A stretch of 59,641 bases of DNA, filler included, from Sphacelaria rigidula (taxonomy: Eukaryota): NCBI GenBank assembly GCA_964200075.2. It is 10 parts of 10 records of this genome, joined end to end, with 100 filler letters (N's around TTAATTAATTAA, not from the genome) between each part and the next. Parts side by side here need not be neighbours in the genome. Positions count along the whole stretch, not along the records: positions 47,796 to 53,668 come from CAXNAA020023816.1; positions 53,769 to 59,641 come from CAXNAA020023817.1; 8 more parts are not named here. One strand, 5' to 3'. The notes beneath the pieces are model-generated. The model had not been told where the DNA came from, searched no databases, and saw only the letters and a list, made by a program, of their open reading frames with translations. The first letter of the stretch is position 1, and each line of letters starts with the position of its first letter. The position numbers and the translations under genes were made by a program. Shown here one piece after another: positions 50,332 to 59,641 of the stretch.

Positions 50332-50994
50332 CTCTTCCTGGGAGGCGTCGTAAGCACAACCTCAGCCTCAACATCTTCGCTGTCGCCACCATCATCAACG
50401 GGCGAAGTCATTCCGAGGAATTGCCTTCGAGAAGAGCTTGTGCCGCGTCCCGCCAACGCACCTCCACCGCTAGCACTTTCCTCCGAAGCGTCACCATGAC
50501 CTCTCGTTACACCCACACCCCCCGCAGCCGACGGTTTTCCACTCGTGTTCCTCTTCGTCGTGGCCACATTGGTCTTCTTTGGGGCCCATTTCTTCGCGCC
50601 ACCTTCGAAACCGTCATCCTCCAGTGCGGCCCCTTCCTCGCCATCACCACCATCGTCTGAATACAAAACTCCATCCAGATTATCCGCCATCGCGTCATGA
50701 TCATGACCATCAGCATCGTCAAAATCGTCGCCAAACATGTCCACCGCAGCTCGGGATGGCCGAGACCTACCTGACGATCGGGGTCGCCCCGTCCCGGCAA
50801 CCCCCTCGCCCTGCCCTCTCTTCCCCGCAAACATTTGCTCCCCGGACGGACTCGACTTTAAGTTTCGGTTTCCTTGTTCTACTTTGTCATGTTCCGTCCT
50901 GTTGACCCGTGTCCTCGAGACCCTCTTGTCCTGCGTCCTGGTCTCTGCTGCTACCGCAGAATCAGCTCCTCCTCCTTCTCCTCCCCCACCAAAC
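50332..50994 (-). CDS. Hypothetical low-complexity protein, exon 3 (Gly/Asp/Ser-rich)
   Basis: 663-bp open exon, ggcag acceptor, ag|gtgatc donor, phases 2/2. Corresponds to most of ORF 50328-51035. Confidence 0.65.
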
Positions 50995-51873
50995 CTGCCG
51001 AGGAAATTGTTCCAAATGTGTTCATTCACTCGCAAACATCGTATTCTGCGGGAACAGCTGTTCAGCTAGCTTTACAAACTTCAGTAAACAGTCTTGGCGT
51101 CGTAAAATGTACGTTCTGTGTCACTCACACGCTCCTGTATCTCACCCGATCTGATTGATTGCCGCACATTTATTCACCCACATGTGCGCAAAAGCTAGTT
51201 GTGAAGAAGCAGAACATGACATCGCAGCGGAGGGTAAGGACGTGCAGGAAACCGACAGGTTTTTCGAATGACCGGCGAGAACATTATCCTCAGGGGGATC
51301 AGCTTGCAATGTTGTACGCGCCAGACGTCAGCCGAAACGATGTACAGTGTGTCGGAATAAATCATGCAGTAAGTGGCGCCTCGATAGTGCAACGTTTCGA
51401 CAGTTACACCCGCTCCGGCATTTCTATTGCGCATGGCTACGTGGTCCCACGGTCACAGTCTTCCACTTTCACACCATTTACCCCGGTGTTTCCCGACGAA
51501 CAAAACTTTGCCATGTGCATATGACTCTTGAAACTATCCTTGTACAAACTGGCAAGTTGCCCAAAGATCAAGCGAAACACTATTTGATCGCTAGATACCG
51601 TGCGGCAGCTGGGTCGGAACGCCGAAAGCGGCTGAATACGCCTCGCAAGACAACGGCCACTGACAATCTACCCAGTACATTGTTCGAGTGGTGACAACTG
51701 TGACACGCATTTTCAAGCGGGTACACAACTCAGGGAGCTGTTTCCAAGATATTCGACGGTTACAACTTCCACTACACGGTTTCGACGGCTTCAGTGGCAC
51801 ACGACCAGACACGACCTGAGAGTTGAAGCGATGAACCTACGGCTCTCGTGTGCTCACACACTCAAGCACTCAC

Positions 51874-52099
51874 CAGCGACTGTTCCTAGCGTGCTTCGCT
51901 CCAACGTTGTTTCTTTTTGGGCGATCTTCCTTGGTCCTGGAGGGCTTCTTCCCGCCCCAATCTTTACCCGCACCTTTACCCGCTTTATTCTTACTGTCGC
52001 TACGATTCCCCGTTGAAGGCAGCAGATCATTCAGTTTGCTCAGCTTGGCCCCCCAGGCACCCACGCTCGACGACGCGCCCGAGAATGCATCAGTCTCTG
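51874..52099 (-). CDS. Hypothetical low-complexity protein, exon 2
   Basis: aag (or adjacent in-frame cag) acceptor, tg|gtgagt donor, phases 1/2 consistent. Encodes AETDAFSGASSSVGAWGAKLSKLNDLLPSTG...ARNSRW. Confidence 0.6.
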
Positions 52100-52891
52100 C
52101 TTGGGACAATGGGAATCGAATATGAAGTGAGTATCGACGACAAACATCACATGCTCACGTACATGAGGGATACTAGGTCAGCGTCTAACGAGCGAAGTGC
52201 ATTCGCCCCGGTGTCGGCTCAGCAAAATCGACAAGTCCTTGGTTGCATATGTTCCAGAACCTGCCGTCAGTAAGCGAAACATACGGAGCAACCGTCACTT
52301 ATCATTACCAGTTGAGGAATGAATCCAATAAAACACCACAGCATCAACAGCTCCCGCCTGAGGCGTGCCAGCTCAAAGCCTCGGAGTGTCCGCATCAAGC
52401 CCGTCGATCAACATAACGCAGCGTACAGCGAGCCCGGGGGGGGGGAGTACAGCTGCGAGCCCAGGGGGTAAGGTCTAGAAGTAATGAAATCGCTCGTAAA
52501 AGTGAGGCAGAACGTAGATTTGCACGGCCGATGAAGCGCAGCAGATGGTGTCAGAATCGACATGTACAAGAGCCAAAGAAGAAACAACCACGCGACGTGG
52601 AGGCAGATCTGTCAAGTGTGACTACATTATCCAGTCTGGTCAGCAACACACACCCCGAATAGCTGTACTTGGGTTACTTGGTGTGACAGGTTCCTTCGCT
52701 CGGCAAATTGAGAACATGATTGTGCTGGGCGGAATCAACAACGACAAAATTTGCCGTCGTTTGCCGTTGCCCGCCGTTGCAGAATTGAAAGCAAAAGAAG
52801 AGCAAGGTGAACACCGGCGACACCAACAACAACAGTAATAATAATAATAACAACAACAACAACAACAACAACTACGGAAAAGCTGGAGTAC

Positions 52892-53120
52892 CTCTTTTGA
52901 CGACCAGAAACATGACAACCGCTATGGCGATGACCGTTGCAGCGCCCTTCGCACCCCTACCCTTCACCGCTCCGGCGATTCTCAACGGAAAAGTCAGCAC
53001 GGCCAAGGCAGCGTGTAGCGCGGCCTGCGTACCGCCCTGAACGGCCCCGAAGACGGCCGCTATGGGATTGGGGGTGGCAGATTTCCGTGGCTTTGCCGTC
53101 TTCTTCCACGCGGCAGGCAT
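52892..53120 (-). CDS. Hypothetical low-complexity protein (~458 aa), exon 1 with a hydrophobic, possibly transmembrane segment
   Basis: ATG at 53120, g|gtactc donor (phase 1). Encodes MPAAWKKTAKPRKS...AATVIAIAVVMFLVVKR. The true start could be further upstream. Confidence 0.55.
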
Positions 53121-53330
53121 GCCTGATGTGTCAAAATTTGGAACGAACGAGTGTTCCGCTTCACCACAACATTTTAAAGAGAAAAAATGCGTACTTGTTT
53201 TCAAGCAATCTGCGATGCATCGATTATTGTACAGCACACCGGGAAGAGATGGGTTAATCTCTTGAGACCACGAACTCGCCCCGAGGAAGGGGAGGGGTTC
53301 AAAGTGCGACAAATAAAAAAATATGTCAAA

Positions 53331-53364
53331 TAATGACGATGATGATGATGATGATATGATGATG

Positions 53365-53402
<38 letters not shown>

Positions 53403-53668
53403 AATAATGATAAGGATGACGGTAATAATAATAGTAATTATTATTGTTATTGTTATTATTATTATTGTCATTATTGTCATTATTATTTATTATTGTTATT
53501 ATGATAATTTAATAATGAAAATAATAATAATACTAACAATAACAATAGCAATAGCAATAGCAATAGCAGTAACAATAACAATAACAATAACAATAACAAT
53601 AACAATAACAATAACAATAACAATAACAATAACAATAACAATAACAATAACAATAACAATAACAATAA
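53331..53668. repeat. Compound microsatellite (GAT)n/(AAC)n/(AAT)n/(AATAGC)n/(AATAAC)n running into the contig end
   Basis: Directly visible. A smaller (AAC)/(AAT) tract lies at 52825-52872. Confidence 0.95.
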
Positions 53669-53929
53669 NNNNNNNNNNNNNNNNNNNNNNNNNNNNNNNN
53701 NNNNNNNNNNNNTTAATTAATTAANNNNNNNNNNNNNNNNNNNNNNNNNNNNNNNNNNNNNNNNNNNNTGCCTCCCCCCGGCTTTGTAGGGATGCGAGAT
53801 CAATGGTCTCATGACGATTGCATGCAATATTGTGAGTACATCCCCCCCCCCCCCCCGGTATTGTTGGGTATTGTCGGGTATTGTCGATGGTGACGACAGA
53901 TGATGAAACAGGACGGGGATACGATATTT

Positions 53930-54096
53930 AAGAGATTTTTGTGTAGTGTTTGGAAGAAGTGTAATGAGCTCCGAAATGTTGGAGGTGTCTCTATCAGGAG
54001 TAGGAACGGCGCTCCGTCTCAAAAGGGATGTGTGGTTAATGGTCAAACGACTAGGGCGAGCAACAAATGAGTACCCCCCCCCCCCCCCCCCCCCCC
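53930..54096 (+). mobile_element. 5'-truncated copy of the LINE 3' end with a poly(C) tail; others at ~55590-55960 (+), ~20830-20985 (-), 59546-59641 (-), 11951-11987 (-)
   Basis: Matches the reverse complement of 21735-21900 (aatgttg.aggtgtctctat..gag.aggaacgg.gctccgtctc.aaagggatg.gtggt.aatggtcaaacgac...agcaacaaatgagt) and is followed by a C run. Confidence 0.85.
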
Positions 54097-54914
54097 TCCG
54101 GTGTTGTCTGTATTCGAGAAACCACACCATCAACAGTACCTCTTCTTTTTCTTGTCACACTTCAAACCTCTGTCGTTCCTCGGGATGAGTCCGCGGTCTC
54201 AAGGGATCAACCCATCTATCTCTCCCAGGTACACGCTTTGCATTTTCATCTCTCGCGGATTGAGTTAGCACTCCCGCACCGCGTCAACTCTCGGTAAACA
54301 AACTCCGTCAAACTGCTCTCGGTCTACTCGTCACGCGTACACCTGTTTCCGACGGTGAAGATCACATACTTCGAAGAGCAAAAAACCCCAACGCACCTGG
54401 CAGGTATCGACCCCGCACGTTACTCCAGTACTGTCTGTACTCGACAGGTCACATCAACGCTACTACACTATCTGTGTCAATATTATCGGAACAACTTTCA
54501 ATGAACGGTCAGTTACACTACTACCGTGGGTCGTGGTCAAGACGATCCTGTACACGCACAGGATATGGGCGTGCTAGGGCCGAAGCTCATGAAAGTGGGG
54601 CGGGGCGTGCATTGCGCCAAGTTGACGGGGGGGTTGAGTGAGTCGGTCCCCTATACTGTCTTGAGCAAAGCTTGCGAACGCTCGAGGCGCCTACCCCGCA
54701 TGGCTGCGATGAGGCAGTCTAGCCGGGCCTCCGGGTAAGCGGTACACGAACCCGCTTGCGGCTTGCGGGGCAAATGTTGGGTCAGGCTTGCTACTTCCTT
54801 CATGGAAGTAAAAAAAAGGGGGGTACGGTTGTCGCGATCGTCCGGTGCACCTGCTCACGTACCCCATCCCTTCAGTCAAACCGAAAATTCGTGTGTCTTT
54901 TTCACACGTCGGAC

Positions 54915-55180
54915 GAGCACGAGTGTGACGCGTGGCGCTCGCACTCGTTGGGCTGCTCGTTGGCTGTAAAAATGAATAGGGTGAACACTCGAGTCCTTGC
55001 TCGCTGTGGAAAAAATTAACGGGGCGAGCACTCGAGTCATTGCTCGTTGTGGAAAACATGAATAGGGTGAGCACTCGTGTCATTGATCGTTGTGAAATAA
55101 GTAATGACTCGAGCATACGAGTCATTGCTCGTTATAAAAGAAAGGACTGACTCGAGCACACGAGTCATGCTCGTTGTGTT
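54915..55180. repeat. Degenerate ~41-bp tandem repeat (gagcactcgagtcattgctcgttgtggaaaa...), about 6 copies
   Basis: cgagtcattgctcgttgt-like cores recur with A-rich linkers. Confidence 0.75.
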
Positions 55181-56267
55181 TTCCAAAAACATCCGCGAGT
55201 GCACTCGTTTCGACTAGTAATGACTCGTTCGACGTGTGGTCTTTTTGCTCAACGCGCCACACACCGTTGCTACCAAATAAAAAAGTTGCTTTACGCCCTT
55301 CATATGAAAGCCGACCGCTTTTTCATTAAAGAGCTCTCTCATTACCATACCCCCATCATGTCCACGAAATCAATGCTGAGCAGGTCCAGTGAAATCCTCC
55401 GATACTAAAGAGAAACCGACAGAAGCACAGCCAACGATCTTGTGTCATTTTTCAGCGCGTGGATGTACTCACGACAACTTGGGATGGTTGACGTTTCAAC
55501 GAATACCCGGCCTATGCGTACTACTCACCTCACCTCGCCCCTCCCCCTCCCCCCCCTTCCCCCCCCCACGTTCCATGATACTGTTTGATATACTGCAGAG
55601 TATTAGATAGTAGCAAGAAAACAATCGCTGTACTAAAAGATAGATGGTGGCCACAGAGGGCGAAACAAGGAGGGGGTAAGGTATGTAAAAGGTCGTTGTG
55701 TATGATGTACGGAAGAAACGTAGTGAGCGCTCAAATGTTGGAGGTGTATCTGTTCGAGACAAGCACGGTACTCCATCTCGGAGGGGATTCGTGGTCATTG
55801 GTTAAATTACTAAGATAATCTTGGAGGTGTATCTGTTAAGAACAAGCACGGTGCTCCGTCTCGGAGGGGATGCGTGGTCAACGGGTGAAATGGCTAAGGC
55901 AAGCAACAAATGAGTACGCCCCCCCCCCCCCCCCCCCCCCCCCACCCCCCCCCCCTCCCTTCCCGACCTCCCCACCCCCCCCGCCTCCCCGTCCCCTGCN
56001 NNNNNNNNNGGGGGGGGGGCGTGGTGAACGGGGGGAATGGCCAGGGCCATCACACATTGGCGCGCCCCCCCCCCCCCCCCCCACCCTATTCCCCCGTTGT
56101 CGCTATCTCGCTCTCATCCCACTCGCGCTTATTCCCGGAGGTAATGCTGGACCTCGCGCCGAATATCCGTCAGGCCGCACCCGTATGTACGAGAATAATT
56201 CTGCATACACCAAGGCATGCATAGTAGTTTTCCGCGTTTTCTTCCGTCTTCACCCTTCATCACAAAC

Positions 56268-56465
56268 CTCGACTTGCGTCCTTCTGGCATCGCGTAAGTC
56301 CCGCCCCGCTCGTCTCGCCCTCAGTACCTCCTCTCTCTTGCTTCTCTCGAACACCTTCGCTTCCCCGGCCAGGCGACGGCGGTCGTCCACGCACTCTCGG
56401 GCAGACTTCATCTCCTGTTGCCGCCGAACTTGCTCCTGGGATACTAGGAAGGCAGCGTTGCGTAT
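56268..56465 (-). CDS. Internal exon of a charged coiled-coil protein
   Basis: gtcag acceptor, gag|gtttgt donor, 66 codons, phase 0/0. Encodes IRNAAFLVSQEQVRRQQEMKSARECVDDRRRLAGEAKVFERSKREEVLRARRAGRDLRDARRTQVE. Confidence 0.6.
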
Positions 56466-59400
56466 CTGACGCGCCCGTCGACGAGTGGGTGTTGATGGCG
56501 AAGAGGGAGGAAAACATTGCGACGGCGACGGCGGGATATCGAAGGATGAGGGCGATCTTGAAATTATTCAGATAATTCCACCTAGTTGTCTAGACATACA
56601 GGTCAACGAAAATGTGGGGTCTCGAAAGGTGTTGTTGAATTTGCCTCCTCAACTGTGAATTAATCCTTCAGAAACCGGGGTTTTGTCTCACGAAGTTTTA
56701 CGTCTGTTAAGGTTGGTCGTTATTAATGGCGCTTTGGTGTATTTTAGTCGGTGTTTTGAAAAACATGAAAAAATATATTATTCTGCAGTGACTGTTTGGA
56801 ATAGACCACACTATTGACATAGTGCTAACACGTAAGAGGACAACATTTACGTGAGTGAAGAGTACTATATACACGAACACTCCACCACAGGAAGCTGCTG
56901 TCAGCAGAAAAGAACTACACCGGTAAACACATTCCATTCGACGCGTAAGCATGCGGCCGATTCATAGGATGATGACGATAGTCGGAAGTTAACTTGTAAT
57001 TTAATACTGTACGACGAGCCAAGCTTGCTTTCACTTTTCGCCGTATACATCATTAATTGCCTTGGAATCGCTCAATTGAGGCGGTGGCGCGAAGCGCGGA
57101 AAACCTTGTTTCAACCATACCATTTACATCTTCGGTCAAATGGCTTCCCTGTGGATAAGTCTCATGTTGCTCCAAATATGTGAAAAGGCAGCATTTCGTC
57201 TCTCCTTTTTAGAGTACCCCTCTTTCGGGGTCATTTTGTTTCTCTGAAGTTCTGAAAAGCCAGCATTTCGTCTTTCACTTGATTTTTAGAGTACAAGGTT
57301 TTCGCTGATACCTCTTGGCTTTACCTTCACTGGACATCAGGGTGCATTTTGTTCTTGCTTGGGTTGGAGTACATTGCTCTCCGCGCTGTGTTCTGCATGG
57401 CGTTATGGCGTTATGGCGTTGCGATGCGTCCTGATTAGTTTTTATGTGTCCACGTCTCAGCGGACCCTTCGACCGTCTGGGGTACCATCATCCATCTCGA
57501 CCCGCTCTTCATTTGTGGAATCACCCTCGTTTTTTACTTGAAAATTGAATAGGCATGCTGTTCATTTGAGGATCAGAAGACACGAGACAAACTCGTGGAT
57601 CGTATCACCGCTCTCCATGGAACACAGTCTTCCTCTCGGGGCAAAGCTTGCCCACCTCGACCGTGTTTCGATCTTGCACGCATGTCCCATCGTCTCGGCT
57701 GTACATCATTCTTCCTTGCTGTCTCTGCACTGCTGCTGCAGCTCCCACCACTTTACCGTACCTCGCGAGTTTTTTTTTCATCATACGTGTGACCAGATGC
57801 AACGGCTTTCACTCCTTTTTTTGGAGTATGAATCGGCATCATCTCAACCGGTGCTGACCGCTTGTGTGCGTTTGCTGTGCGCACGTCTCACCCAAACCAT
57901 CGTTTCTCATTGAATCTCAACAGATTTGTGCGAGGTCACGCACCACGTGCTTCGCTGATGAGCAGCTACGGCCCTTTCCTGAAACTGTGCAGTGTGCCAT
58001 CACGCAACGCACACAACTATCATCGGTGCTCATGCATCTTGGCTGTCGATCCACTTAGCGTGGCGGCGCAATCCGCCGAACTCCTTGTGTACATATATAC
58101 TCCGGAGTATATATTACATATTATATGGATGTGCATGTAGCAATGTGTAGGGCTCCGGCCGCTCTAATTCGGACGATCATGCACATTTCTGTGAATCAAA
58201 AGTACAGTAAGCTTTATACGCGTAATAGGGACTACAACTTGTTGGCCGGTCGTTGGTGTTTCGATCACTGGGCGAATGGCTTGCTTCTCATGATGCCATC
58301 GCGTAATTCATCGTCACGCATGGGTTGGGGGTATTATTGACTGGAAAATCCACGTCCCCCCCCCCCCCCCCCCCCCCCCCCCTCCCTTCCCCCCCCCTCC
58401 ACAAAACAAAAAAAGAGCGCCCCCACCCACTAAAAAAAAAAAAAGAGANNNNNNNNNNTGGACTGCCGTGGCTCAACTACCGCCGCCCCTGGGTTGGGGT
58501 TTTTTTTAGCGCGAAATCCCCCCTCCCCCCCCCCCCCCCCCTTACATCTCCGACTATTTCCACTTCATCTGAAAAATGCGAGAGCAGGTTCTCCAACCAG
58601 TTCAAGTAATAGATGGATGAAGTTAAGACCGACTACAGATTTCTCCGAAACTCTTGTATTTATCCGAAACTCTTGTGTCGGATTTTTTTTCCAGCAAGAA
58701 GACATTCGGAGACTTCGGGAAAAGTCCTAACCGTTCGGAAAATTTGAAGTATATATATATATATAAATGCCCAGATAACAATAACCCTCAGAACATACTG
58801 GTGTCTGACAGGTTAGGGTACTGCACATATCTTGCCGTTGGTCAAACAGGACAGCTCTTAGTGACCAGTCGCTCCTCACCATTGCGATCGCTTCTTGGTT
58901 CACGGTTTCCCACAGTCTTACTCGTTCTCGGTTTTTGAGTTAAGACCATGATCGCCAGATCGACTTGCGAGTGGACGACGAACATAAACAGCACGCTATA
59001 CGTGTCATGTTCCAGGCGGGAAAACGCGGCAGAAATCGGACATCATCCATACACAAACGGAATACCGAGGGGGCAAGCAATGCTGTCCGGAGGAGTCACA
59101 TAGCCCACCCCTTTCACCCCTCCCTCCCACCGTCATTGCAGAGCTCAAGCCGGTTCCTCAACTACGTGATTTAGTGTGCTTACCCTTACAGTATCAATGC
59201 CTGGCGTTTCGGGTGCAGCTATATGATGCGCTCGCTTTCGTCTCATGCGGTTCGAACCATGCACTCTTGCTCATCGCCTGAGCGTGCTTGACAAGTTGGT
59301 TGTTTGGTTAGTTGGTCGATTTGATTGATTTTTGGTTTCTTTTACTTGAACTGATTCACAACCTGACTGTCGACAAAAATGCTGTGGACCCTACCAAGTT

Positions 59401-59641
59401 GATTGATTTCATCGGGTTTTGTTTTGATTGTCGCTCTACATGAACTGGTCCCCGAGAGACCCAGCCGTGGCCACAAAAAATGGACGTCCCTAAGGTAAAA
59501 AAAATGGAAAAACTTGCTGGAGAAGAAGTGAAACGGAGTGTGTGTGGGGGGGGCGTACTCATTTGTTGCTTGCCTTAGTCGTGTGACCATTGAACACGCA
59601 TTCCTTTCGAGACGGAGCTCCCTTCCTACTCCTAATAAAGA

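Noticed and set aside
53201..53724. Poly-Leu, poly-Ile/Thr, poly-Pro and poly-Gly ORFs (also 9424-9733, 10737-11124, 55870-56224)
   Set aside because: Translations of microsatellites and C/G homopolymers.
54176..54215. Hammerhead ribozyme suggested by gatgagtcc
   Set aside because: Lacks the CUGA of the CUGAnGA core and a correctly placed GAAA. The second copy (33545-33580) reads gacgagtcc, also without CUGA.

Overview
This window is not one locus. It is ten unlinked contigs of 5,875-5,873 bp, ordered by decreasing length and joined by artificial 100-bp spacers (44 N + TTAATTAATTAA + 44 N), so nothing can be inferred from neighbourhood across spacers. The DNA is eukaryotic, repeat-rich and intron-rich. 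A brown alga (Phaeophyceae) is my best guess, but this is inference. By hand-splicing GT-AG exons I can support four host genes or fragments. (1) The 3' part of a class I cyclic-nucleotide phosphodiesterase (contig 2). (2) A six-exon, phase-consistent fragment encoding two tandem polysaccharide-lyase-like domains with RSEVK, QLK and KLGLY motifs, resembling alginate lyases of PL7/PL41 type (contig 3). (3) A five-exon, about 458-aa low-complexity orphan with an N-terminal hydrophobic segment (contig 9). (4) One coiled-coil exon (contig 10). The rest is mobile DNA: a decayed LINE, a chromodomain Ty3/Gypsy 3' half, a tyrosine-recombinase (DIRS/Ngaro-like) relic, an open hAT transposase C-terminus, a 1.48-kb gag-only LTR element with a target-site duplication, tRNA-derived SINEs, MITE/foldback elements and tandem repeats. 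The two most interesting observations are the tandem-domain lyase and a LINE plus a non-coding partner family that share a 3' end followed by poly(C) rather than poly(A). No database searches were run. Family assignments rest on motif recognition, and repeat boundaries are approximate.
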